NCBI RefSeq assembly: GCF_001194135.2
Contig: NC_068986.1
Coordinates: 22,046,558 to 22,110,557, forward strand
Source: Octopus bimaculoides
Lineage: Eukaryota
Direction: 5' to 3'
Length of the DNA: 64,000 nt
Positions 12,992-25,399 of the stretch are shown in pieces. A program made the position numbers and the translations under genes. The stretch's first letter is position 1. The number at the start of each line of letters is the position of its first letter. Under the pieces are notes generated by a model. That model saw nothing but the letters and a program-made list of their open reading frames with translations, did no database searches and had not been told where the DNA came from.

Positions 12992-13974
12992 AACACACAA
13001 CTACCATGCAATTCTTAGTATGGATAGACAGACAGACGGACAGACACACAAAGACATGGACATATATATGTAAACCATCATCATCTAATGTCCGCTTTCC
13101 ATGCTGGTATGAGTTGGATAGTTCGACAGGAGCTGGCAAGCCAAGGGACTGCACAAGACTCCAATGTCTACTTTGTCATAGTTTCTACACCTTTCCTAAC
13201 ACCAAGCACTTTACAGAGTGTACTGGGTGCTTTTTATGCAGTATTAGTGAGGTCACCAAGTAATTCACAAGAAAAGACCTTCTCAACTGAGAGGGGAGTA
13301 GTATTGAAGGAAGTGGCTCTGTGCCAGGTGATAAGAGGCTAAAGTATGATAGAGAGACAGTAAAAGATGTCTTGCTGTAAGGGGACATGCATATATTTAT
13401 ATCCTTACAACGATATACGTATGTTTGTACATTCATTGTACATTCACTTTTCCATGTTTGCATGGATTGGACAATTATTGAGGCATTGTTTTGCAATCAA
13501 ATGCCCTTCCTCACCAGTTTTTCAAGTAAGGGATCTCTTAATTCACATGCCCACAAAGGTGCAGAGTGGTTGGACAAGTTGACAAAAGTGACAACAACAA
13601 CAATGCTCATAGCAACTTATCAAAGACTGAAAATATAAGCACACACGTGTAATGTACATACAAGATTCTTTCAGTTTCCATCTATCAAATTCAATTACAA
13701 GGCATTGATTAGGCTTGGACTATAGTAGAAGATACTTGGCCAAGATGTCTTGCAGTGGGACTGAACCTGAGATCACATGATTGGGAAGTAAACTTCTCAA
13801 CCATACCTGATTTTATATCATCATCATCAGCAGCAGCCTGAAAGTACAACTGTTTGTGTTTCCAGACAACCCTCTTACTATTATCAATAATTCTCATTTT
13901 AATATCTCTGGTTATAACACACTAAAATATTCACATGTTCATTTCTGATAAGGCAGTAGAGTATATACAATCAC

Positions 13975-14019
13975 TTTTTTTATTATTATTATTATTACTA
14001 TTACTATTATTATTATTAT

Positions 14020-14098
<79 letters not shown>

Positions 14099-14145
14099 AC
14101 TACTACTACTACTACTATTACCACTACTACTACTACCACCATCAC
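13975..14145. repeat. Compound trinucleotide microsatellite (TAT)/(TAC)/(TGC)
   Basis: Directly visible; it produces the poly-L, poly-S and poly-V pseudo-ORFs in the ORF track. Confidence 0.95.
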
Positions 14146-15527
14146 CACCTCTTAAATGATTCATTCTAAATTAAGAATATTTAATGGAGGAAGACTTCAC
14201 ATTTAAATAGCTCTTCTAGGTAGAGTTGCTCTCTTTGCCCATCTAACAACCACTGCTACTATCACCAACACTACTGCTGCTGCTGCTTTCTTATTTGAAC
14301 TCCTCTCCTTTTTGGGTGGAGGGGGGGGTGTATTACCTCTTTCTACCTTCCCAGCTCCAATTCTTACCTTCTGCCACCTCAGTTCACCTTACACCTCACA
14401 CTTATGAAACCTTCCACTCTCCACCTTCCCCACTGCCTACAGGCCAAAATAGGGAGCAAGGACCGAATGCAATGAACTAATTGTTACCTGATGCACATCA
14501 TCATCATCATCATCATCACCTATAGTTTTATCTAATTCAAGCTTTACCTTTTCAGTTTTTTTTTTTTGTGTTTGTTTTTGTTTTGTTTCTGTTTTTGACA
14601 AGTTCATATTTCACATTAAGCACATAATTGTCAACGTCCACCAAAACAATTTTTACCACTAAGAAGCTTTTGATGAATTTACCTGGTGTAATTGACACTT
14701 TAAATCTTCCTGGCCCTCCCTCATTTGTTCATATTTCAGACTTCAGAGTAGTTTGTAAGGGGGGGGGTAGGTTCGATGGGGGTACAAGTCTGTTTAGGAT
14801 TAAAAGGTAATAACAAGGTAATGAAAGATGAAAATAAAATACTAGATTCTATAAAAAGGTAAACTCACATGACAATAGACTATTTTAGTTGAAAATAAAT
14901 ATAAAATAGCTTCATTAAATTCTGGGTTAGAGTGGTATTAAAAAAAAAAAGATATAATTAAATAATCAGATAAGAATTAAAGGTATAAAGGTATAAAAGT
15001 GAACTCAGAAACAGAGAGAAAAGAATATGCAAATATCAACGACTGGAAGCTAATTGTTAACTGAAACAATCTTTTATCTTTTACTTGTTTCAGTCTTTTG
15101 ACTGAGGCCATGCTGGGGCTCAGCTTTGAATGGTTTAGTTGAACAAATTGACCCTAGTATATATTTTTTAAGTTTAGTATTTTATTGATCTTCTTTGCTG
15201 AACCGTTAATTTATGGGATCATAAACAACCAACACACACACATGCATATGATGGGATTCCACACAGTCTCCATTTGTCAAATTCACTCACAAGGGATAGG
15301 CTGGCTTAGAGCTATAGCAGAAGACACTAGCCCAAAGTGCCATGCAGTGAGATTGAACCTGAAACCACATGTTCACAAAGCAAGCTCCTTAACCACACAT
15401 TTATGCTTGGACTGACTTAAGAAACTTTTGAACTGACAGAAAAGGAATCAAGCAAGAGGATACTATTAAATTAAATTAAATCAACCAGTAATAAACATAA
15501 GGAGAATAAATAACATTCAGTTCTTGT

Positions 15528-15747
15528 AAGACAGCAAGCTGGCAGAAACGTTAGCATGCTGGACGAAATGCTTAGCGGTATTTCGTCTGTCTTTACGTTC
15601 TGAGTTCAAATTCCACCGAGGTCAACTTTGCCTTTTGTCCTTTCTGGGTCGATAAATGAAGTACCAGTTGCGTACTAGGGTCAATATAATCGACTGGCTC
15701 CCTCCCAAAAAATTTCGGGCCTTGTGCCTAGAGCAGAAAAGAATATT
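15528..15747 (+). mobile_element. SINE family B copy
   Basis: Head gcaagctggcagaaacgttagc, B-box-like gagttcaaattcc, and the conserved core. Confidence 0.85.
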
Positions 15748-16690
15748 CAGTACCAGGAGGAGAATAAATAACAGCAAACCTCTGATTCGTCAGATCCTGT
15801 CAAACCAGCTAACCTATACCAACAGGAAAGCCACATGTTTTATGGTGATAACGATCTCATTATAAAGCATACAAATCTATTGAGGTTAGAAGTGTTTAAC
15901 ATCCACACACACTTTGGATGTTGAATTTGTTGAGTAGTTAGAGTATTGGACAAAATATCTTGAGCTATTTATTCTGACATCTCATGTTCTGAGTTCAAAT
16001 CCAACCAAGGTCAACTTTGCTTTTTATCATTCCAGAGTTGATAAATAGAAGTATTGGCCTAGGATGGAGGAATGATGGAAATGTTTGAGTGTCAGAGAGA
16101 ATGCCTTATGGCATTCATTCTGGTTCTTTATGTTCTGAGTTCAAACCTCATCATGGTTTACTTGGGTGGTAGACTTATTCTGTCACCTCATTTAACATTC
16201 CCATCTGGTCCTTGGGTGCTTTTAGCAGAGAACACTCTCTTGTAAGCGTTCAACCTAAAACTTTGGGTTGGGAATATCTTCCCCCCTCTCTCTCTCACAC
16301 CAGTCTCCCAGCTTCTATATAGGGTTATGGGTATTGTCATCCTCTCCTGACTAAGTGATAAAAAAAAATATGTACATGTCAGAGATGGAGAGTGTTATAA
16401 CACATTTACCAGTAGGTGCATCATTGAAAACTATCTGCATTTAGAATGTTGATGTTGATATAATGTGTGTGTGTGTGTGTGTGTGTATAAACATACAACC
16501 ACACATAAATCACAGCCATCACACATAAAAAAGTATGACTTGATAGCATGTATCCTGCTGTTGCTAATTGTTTAAGGTGTCCATGTAGTCACAAGCAGAC
16601 AGATACCCTCTTGACTTTGCACCTCTAGACCCAGCACAACATCAAGGATGTGATAGCTGATGGAGAGAGAGTTACACCGGAATTTAGTAG

Positions 16691-16733
<43 letters not shown>

Positions 16734-18149
16734 NNNNNNNNNNNNNNNNNNNNNNNNNNNNNNNNNNNNNNNNNNNNNNNNNNNNNNNNNNNNNNNNNNN
16801 NNNNNNNNNNNNNNNNNNNNNNNNNNNNNNNNNNNNNNNNNNNNNNNNNNNNNNNNNNNNNNNNNNNNNNNNNNNNNNNNNNNNNNNNNNNNNNNNNNNN
16901 NNNNNNNNNNNNNNNNNNNNNNNNNNNNNNNNNNNNNNNNNNNNNNNNNNNNGGTGCACTGGTCAGATATGGTGCATTTACACCTTTTTGTTTACAGTGA
17001 GAATTTTTCTCCATGATGGGGGTGGGTGGAGGGGGTGAATATTTCTCAAGCATATTTGAACTGGTAACAGGTTCATTCTAGAATATCTAATATCTAAATA
17101 AAAAAATTTTTATGAAGAAAAATAATAGCTAAATTAAAACATTACTGAAATCAAGACTGCAAGTTATTCAGTTCATCTTTAGAATAGAACTAAACTGTAA
17201 TAACACATGCACCCTGTAAAACTTGATCATTTGTATGCTTTCAAAGGACGAGAGAAGCACAATCTTTGTCTAGTTATACAGTTTCTAGATTTCTTTGGGA
17301 TAAAGAGAATTTGGAAGATTTGATAGTGAATATAAGACTAAAGAATTTTAATTACGATTATCTTTCTGTGTTCTAGAACCAAGAGATGATATAAAATGTA
17401 CATTACTGATTTTAAAAAAAATTAGTTTATAAATATTTTGACCATTTTTCTTTTCTTTTTTCTTTTCAATATAAAAAAAATGAAATGATATGCATTTCAT
17501 CTTTTTGATGAAATGCATATCACTTCATCTTTTTTCATGCCATCTTCCTATTTGGAAGCACAATGTCTATAATAGGACACAATGCCATCCTCAAAAATTT
17601 TAGTCATACTGCAGCAAGAGTGGCACCAAATTTGCTTCCCAACAACATTGTTTCAGGTTCAGTTCCATGGTGTGGCACTTGGGAAAGTGTCATCCACTGT
17701 AGCCCTGGACCAAGAAAACCTTCTGGTGGTAGAGGGAAACTGAAAGAAGCTTGCGATATGTATGTGTATGTGAGTGAGTTACTGTCTCTTTGCCTTAACA
17801 TTGTGTGATAGTTGTAAGCAAGTATTGTCACCACCATGCAAATGATGTCCATTTCCCATAGTCCATGAAAACATGTCTTGTCATGAAGCAATATTACCTT
17901 GCTTGGAAACAGGTGAAGGTTGATGACAGGAAAGTCACCCAGTTGTAGAAAATCTACCCCCTACAAATTTTGTCCAACCCATGCGAGCATGGAAAAGTGG
18001 ACATTAAAACAATGACGATTCTGTCATCCTTGAACAAGGTACATGATTCTACTTGCATTATAAACAGTTCAAAAATGTAATAAATTGATCTGCCTCAAGG
18101 AAAGGAAGAAAAAATCTAAGATTTTGAGCAGAAGAAGGAAAAGATCACT

Positions 18150-18320
18150 CTCTGGATTGGATTGGATTGGATTGGATTGCCCATATTCAGTCCATGCAGG
18201 ACAAGGGCTTCAGCATGTTCCCTCCACCAACCATGGTCTGATGTGGAGGTTGTGGGTTTAAGCTTGAGATCATCCTGTTCTGATGAGCCTTCTCTGCCAC
18301 ACTGACTTGACATGGATAGG
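18150..18320 (-). mobile_element. LINE (probably RTE-like) 3' end remnant with (CCAAT)n tail
   Basis: Minus-strand translation GREGSSEQDDLK...DHGWWREHAEALVLHG resembles RTE ORF C-termini and is followed by tandem ccaat repeats. Confidence 0.45.
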
Positions 18321-21300
18321 CAGAGGGAAATAGTTTTTTTTTTACTTTTTTTTTTTACTCATACCTAGGAGTAGTTAAGTCAATTACATTGACCCCAGTG
18401 TTCACTGGTACTTATTGTATTGACCATTCAGCATAATTTGAACTTAGAACATAAGCAAGAACAAAACACCACTAAGCATTCTGCCTGGCATGCAAACAAT
18501 TCTGCCAGGTCACCGTCTAATGAATGGTATTGGCCAAAATGTTAGACTTTCTCCTCTTCTTCACAGTAAATTAATTTATTCCATTTTCAAACTGTTTATA
18601 ATCACTAACTGCCTTTACAGATAACCACTAGTTTCCTTGGATCCTAATTGTTTACTTAATGTGTTCTAGTTTGTCTAACAGATAAAAACAAGAGCTGCTC
18701 CAGCTTCACAGCCGAATGGCTAGCAGTAAGAACGGCAGCCAGTAGTTATGTAAATAACTGCACCAGCAAAACCATTTCACTCACCATCTCCTCCATACCA
18801 ACATGAAAAATGAATATAAGCCAGTTAGAAAAAAAAAAAAAATACTATTTCCAAAGAATATTTTTAAAATAATTTCTTCTAAATTTATCCTTCCATCAAA
18901 TTTGTGGCCTTGTGCCAATGTTAGAAATAGATACAAATTACTTCATATATCTCAAAGACTAATAAGAGAATATGAAAAATCCTTTATTAAAATAATCAAC
19001 TTGAAAATTGTCATGTGTTTAATGTGTTTGAGGGAAAGGCTATCACTCTATTTACACAAGTGTGCGTCTGTACACTATATTTTGGGTTGAGATGGTCTCT
19101 TGCTACTTTATGTCTCACTTATAAGTGCACAGGATCTTCAAGCAATTCACAATTTGCCTAAAAACCATGTGCACCTACAGGCAAAACTCAGAGTAGCAGG
19201 AGACTGACTGAACTAAACATAAAAATATTACTAATCTGTTATCCTATTAAATACTCTTTCTTCCAACAGTCTATATATATATATATACACACACACACAC
19301 ATACATACACATATATATATACATATATCTATATCTTATATATATATTAATTACATTATGCAAAAGTATTTCATTTACTATACCCTAATGATCAAAATAT
19401 TAAAAAAAAAACTCAACAAAGGAAGAAAAAAAACCATCAACTCAGTGTTTTTGTTCTATTATCTGTTTACGTGTGAAAGACAAGAAGTATCAATGATTCT
19501 TTCCGAATGAAAGAATGGAAAAGGAATGTTGGGTTAGTCTAGTATAGTTAATGTTCGTTCAGTTTGAATTAATGCAAATTATTAATAAAAAAAAAATTTT
19601 TTTTTTAAAGATGGAAAGGATTTCTTGGAAAACAAAAAACAAATGACTACCAAAAGAAAAGGAAAGAAAAAATGGGAATAATTATAAATGGAAGCAATTC
19701 TTGGAATCATAGCTAAGTGTGCAGTCTGAGTGGTGTAACATGGCAAGGATAATAAGAGTTAACTGCATTCAATGGGTTTACAGAATGAGAGACAGAGAGA
19801 GAGGAGGAGGAGGGAGGGAGGGAGTAGTATAGATAGAGTAAGCATATTCAGATGAGCGGGTGCTATTGTAGCAGTATTGGAAGAGATTGAAAAGCAGACA
19901 CCATGCATATATTATGCTATCATGCATATGTCATGCTACTGCTGTATATTTTTGAAGAAGAAATTGCTGTGTGTGTTATGATGTTTGATTGACATAAAGC
20001 TTGTTACTGAAATAAATTTTAAAATTCTTTCATTTGTTATTGGTTATTGCTGTTGATATGCTAAATATTTTTGCATCAGAAATATTTAGCAAATAAGTCT
20101 AACATGCCATTTTAAATTATGATATATTTACATATTAATAATTAAAAAAAAAATCCATCAGTTTGCCTATTTCCTTTTTGCTCTCTCTCTCTCTCTCCAC
20201 TTGTTATAGTTCAGTTTTAAAAAACTTGCAGTAGTCACTATTTCAAGAAAATGTATTCTGAAACAAATTTATTCCAATAGATATAAAAAAAAAAAAAATT
20301 TTAATAAAAAAATTTTTTTAAATATTCTAATTACTTTTAAGTATTTCTCAATTACAATAAGATGTAATGTCGTATTTAATTTTCTTCTTTTTGTCTGTTT
20401 AATCTTAGAGATATATGTAATATGAATTAAACGATGAATTTGATGAAAGGATGGGTGAAAAAGTGGTCATCATCCACAGATTCTATGTCCATCTTTCTAT
20501 GCTGGCATGAGTTACAAAGACATTTTTTTCTTTCTTTTTGAAGTAATGGCTCTACCACTGAATGCCCTTCCAGATTGCAACCCTTTTAACTGACATGCAG
20601 AAATATGGTGCAAACCATCATAATCATCATCATCATCATCATTTAGCATCTGTTTCCTGTGCTGGTCTGGTTACGAAAGAATGTAACTTTTAAAATACAT
20701 GTTTCATCATGTGAAATAGCAACTCTTCATTATCATCATTTAGCATCATTGGATGATGTGACAGGATCCAGCAAGCCACAGGGCTGCGATGAGCCCCAAT
20801 GTCAGCTTTGGCAAGGTTTCTATGGTTGGATAACCTTCCTAATGCCAACTACATGACAGAGTGCTTTTCTTGTTGCAAGACAAGAAGAGAGCAGGAAAAG
20901 GAAAAAGAAAAGAAAAAGCTCCCTCAACAAAGTGGTGGTGGTGGTGGTGGTGGTGATGGTGGTGATGGGCGTATTTGAGAGGAGGAGTTGGTTTTATGCC
21001 ACATGTTGAAAGGCTACAGTATAATAGAAGGAGAAGTGCAGGTGTTTTGCTGCAGAGAAGATACTTGGTTACCCTGCATTTTAAAAGGGTGGATGGATGT
21101 ATCTGAGAAAGACGGTAGTAACGGGGTACAAGAAAGTAAGCATAAGAGAGGATATAGATAGTGGATCAAGGGGTTAGTTTCAGATGAGTATGGTTAATGA
21201 TATTTTATTGAAGTCTTATCATAATCACCCCTGATTTCCTGAATGGTTTCATTCAAAATATAACAAAAAGTTACTCAACCAGTTATGTTAGTCATACAAA

Positions 21301-23217
21301 ATATTTGATTTTAATACAGTCGCTAGAATTCAAAGAGACAAATTGTGGACTGCAATGGTAAGAATCAATTCAGTAAAACTAAAAATTGAAATTTCTTGTA
21401 CATCTCAAAGTGAAAAACTATCTACTGTATGGAGTGAAGTTTCTTCTAGTTTCAGGGACAATTTTTGTTATACAAATAAACAATGAATGATTTACAAATT
21501 AGATTTTTAACCTTTCAATAATCTTTTCAACTGAAGACAGACCAAACCTTTAGTTTGACATGGGAAAGGTTGTGTGGTTAAGAAGTTTGCTTCTCAACCA
21601 CATGGTTTTGGGTTCAGTCACACTACAAAGTATACAGGGCAAGTGTCTTCTACTACACCTTCAGGCCAACCAAAACCTTGTGGGTGGATTTGATAGACAG
21701 AAACTGAAGAAAGTTTGTCATATATGTATGTATGAGATGATGATAATGGTGAGGAGTTAAATGACTGGAAAATATTTCTTCCTGGTTAAACACTTTGAGT
21801 ATCCAATTTTACAAAGAAATGTAACTATTAAAATACATGCTTCACAAAGTGAAATAACAAGTTTTTCTTCCCATTCACTAAAATAATTTTGCTTGATACA
21901 TTACCAAATGATTTCCTGACCATTTACTATTTTATCAAATATTATTCCCACATATAAATATACATCAAATAAAAGTTTTTCTTTTTATCTTTAAGATAAT
22001 GATACATCTTACTCTTTTGTTGTGGGTTCAACAAGACTAAATCAACCTCTAATCTTATTATCAGACATGCGAAACTAATCCAAGACCAACTAAGTTAAAA
22101 ACACTAAGATATAGGGATAAATACTTTGATACAAAAACCTTTCAAAATCAAAAAATACCTTTTTAAGATCTATAATCCAGATCAATTTGGTAAGCGTTTT
22201 AATACAATCACTAGAATTCAAAGAGACAAGTTGTGGGCAGCAATGGTAAGAATCAATTCAGTAAAATCGAAAACTGAAATTTCTTGTATGTCTCAAAGCG
22301 AAAAACTACTGTTTGGAGTGAAGTTTTTTCTAGCTTCAGGGACAGTTTTTGCTATACAAATAAACAATGAATGATTTGTAAATCAGATTTTAAACCTTTC
22401 AATAATAATCTTTTCAACTGAATCAAAGGTTGAATCTGCTGAGACTTGTTTTCATTCTCTAACTTGGAATACCATAAAACATTCAGATTCTTAGGTGTAT
22501 ACCACACAAAGACTACAGTAGAAAGAGGTTTAATTCCAAAGTAGAAACAAGCAGGTTATTAAACAGCTATTGTTCACGTTTATATGAGTATATCATGTCT
22601 AATGTCAATGAGTTGAGGCTGAAACAGAGCATGTCAAAAAAAAAAAAAAACATTACATGAATCAGACTTAGTTAATGACTTGACTTCTTTCTTAAGGTTG
22701 TTATGTAGGAAAGGGGTGAGGTGGGGAGAAAATTAAAAGTTTTTTACTATATTAAATTAAAACATATTTTTCAATGTAGCTGTTTGAAATTAAAATGGTC
22801 AAGGAAAGTAAATTGAAAATATTTTGATAACTAGGAAAAAGTATTAGAGACACTACTACTTATGTTTACATGTTGTTTTCATATATGTTTCAATGTTATG
22901 GTGTATCTTAGGAGGGTCATTATGCCAACGACAAACACATGCACTGGTTTTATTTAACTTCTCTCGTTATTTGTCAATCAGTTAACCAATTAACCAAATG
23001 ATTGCTTAAATTAATTGCTCAGTTACTCAACCAATCAGTTAGGCTTGTCCAAGTCCTTTCATTGCCACTTGCAATCTTATCAATGATATATGCCCACTCA
23101 TTCCAGGTATGCTTCAGGTTAATTGAATGTTAATTCACATCATATTAATATCTATTATCCTTAATTTCTATTAGTATCTTTAATGGGGTTTCTTCTGTGG
23201 TCCTATCTTATGATCTC

Positions 23218-23282
<65 letters not shown>

Positions 23283-24128
23283 NNNNNNNNNNNNNNNNNN
23301 NNNNNNNNNNNNNNNNNNNNNNNNNNNNNNNNNNNNNNNNNNNNNNNNNNNNNNNNNNNNNNNNNNNNNNNNNNNNNNNNNNNNNNNNNNNNNNNNNNNN
23401 NNNNNNNNNNNNNNNNNNNNNNNNNNNNNNNNNNNNNNNNNNNNNNNNNNNNNNNNNNNNNNNNNNNNNNNNNNNNNNNNNNNNNNNNNNNNNNNNNNNN
23501 NNNNNNNNNNNNNNNNNNNNNNNNNNNNNNNNNNNNNNNNNNNNNNNNNNNNNNNNNNNNNNNNNNNNNNNNNNNNNNNNNNNNNNNNNNNNNNNNNNNN
23601 NNNNNNNNNNNNNNNNNNNNNNNNNNNNNNNNNNNNNNNNNNNNNNNNNNNNNNNNNNNNNNNNNNNNNNNNNNNNNNNNNNNNNNNNNNNNNNNNNNNN
23701 NNNNNNNNNNNNNNNNNNNNNNNNNNNNNNNNNNNNNNNNNNNNNCAAATGATTGCTTAAATTAATTGCTCAGTTACTCAACCAATCAGTTAGGCTTGTC
23801 CAAGTCCTTTCATTGCCACTTGCAATCTTATCAATGATATATGCCCACTCATTCCAGGTATGCTTCAGGTTAATTGAATGTTAATTCACATCATATTAAT
23901 ATCTATTATCCTTAATTTCTATTAGTATCTTTAATGGGGTTTCTTCTGTGGTCCTATCTTATGATCTCATATATATATAAATATATATATATATATAAGT
24001 GTGTGTGTGTGTTTCCACTAGGAAAGGAATGCAAGCATAAATTTTCTGCTTCAGTTATTTAGGCAGATTTATCTATTTAATGAAAACTTCAAAACCATAA
24101 CAATATTTACAATCTGATTGTCACCAAC

Positions 24129-24191
24129 CAAACAAAACGGAAACAACTGTCCAAAGAGTAGCAAGAAAGAACAGAAACCCATTTACGATGT
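24129..24191 (-). CDS. Exon encoding one predicted transmembrane helix (NIVNGFLFFLATLWTVVSVLF); read-through past the donor gives ...LFGW-stop (TGA 24121-24123)
   Basis: Strong acceptor aatcttttttcttttatcag|. The phase-1 start matches exon 28212-28248. Candidate donor tttg|gttggt makes a 63-nt phase 1 to 1 exon that joins exon 6139-6260 in frame. Confidence 0.7.
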
Positions 24192-24454
24192 CTGATAAAA
24201 GAAAAAAGATTACAATTCATGCAATTTATTGTCATAAGTTCCTTTGCTTTGTTTGCAACATGTTAATAATAATAGATATGATACAATGAGAATAGTGAGC
24301 ATCATTGTAAAAGCTAATAGAGTTTAAGAAGCAGTCCATCAAGCAAATGTTGATGTAGGGAATTAAAAATGTGCTGCAGTAGCAAAGCATTATTATATGA
24401 ATACCATCTTGCTTTAAATGAAAGCTCATAACATGACATGACACATAGTTTATC

Positions 24455-24580
24455 ATACACACACACAACAGGCTTCTTTCAGTTTCCATCTACCAAATTC
24501 ACTCACAAGGCTTTAGCTGGTCCGAGGCAATAGTAGAAGACACTTGCCCAAGGTGCCATACTGTGGGACTAAACCCATAA

Positions 24581-24644
<64 letters not shown>

Positions 24645-24812
24645 TCATCATTTAACGTCCGTTTTCCATGCTGGCATGGGTCGGCTGGTTTGACTGAGGT
24701 CTGGAGAGAGCCAAGTGGCTGCACCAAGCTCCAATCAGATCTATTTCTACAGCTGGATGCCCTTCCTAATGCCAACCACTCCAAGTGTGTAGTGGGTGCT
24801 TTTTTACGTGCC

Positions 24813-24878
<66 letters not shown>

Positions 24879-25030
24879 TAAGCTTACTTCCCAACCACAT
24901 GGTTATGGGTTCAGTCGCACAGCATGGCACCTTAGGCAAGTGTCTTCTACTACTGCTTCGGGCCAACTAAAGGCTTGAGTGAATTTGGGAGATGGAAACT
25001 GAAAGAAGCCTGTCATGTGTGTGTTTGTCT
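24455..25030. mobile_element. Cluster of SINE family A heads in opposite orientations, an RTE tail and (CA)n/(TG)n tracts
   Basis: Family A at about 24465-24585 (-) and 24878-25020 (+); family C at about 24640-24815. Confidence 0.75.
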
Positions 25031-25059
25031 GTATACATATATATTTATATATATGTTTT

Positions 25060-25367
25060 TATCCTCTCTCTTTATTTTCTCGTGTTTTTTTCTGTTGAAG
25101 ACTGTAGGCTTGAAACGTAAAAGGCTTTCCCACCTACCCGAGCATTAAGCTAATACACCTGTTTGTTGGTACACTCTCGGAGTGGTTGGCATTAGGAAGG
25201 GCATCCAGCTGTAGAAACTCTGCCAGATCAGATTGGAGCCTGGTGCAGCCATCTGGTTCACCAGTCCTCAGTCAAATCGTCCAACCCATGCTAGCATGGA
25301 AAGCAGACGTTAAACGATGATGATGATGACATCTGTCTTCGTCTTTTGTTTTTCTGTAAATTCCAAC

Positions 25368-25375
<8 letters not shown>
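25060..25375 (+). mobile_element. Penelope-like terminal-repeat fragment with a degenerate hammerhead core, interrupted by an RTE 3' end (about 25175-25330)
   Basis: ctgttgaagactgtaggcttgaaacgtaaa at 25092-25120; the host sequence resumes after the (GAT)n tail with atctgtcttcgtcttttgttt. Confidence 0.5.

Positions 25376-25399
<24 letters not shown>

Noticed and set aside
14683-14789. Minus-strand exon-like segment (…MREGQEDLKCQLHQ|gtaaat)
   Set aside because: All three frames from the 14789 acceptor hit stops, and the phase-0 end does not fit between the phase-1 exons at 24129 and 6260. It would matter only under a two-gene model.
22995-23996. Identical copies of about 250 bp on either side of gap 23283-23745
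   Set aside because: An exact duplicate ending in the same (TA)n and flanking a gap is a typical scaffolding artefact.
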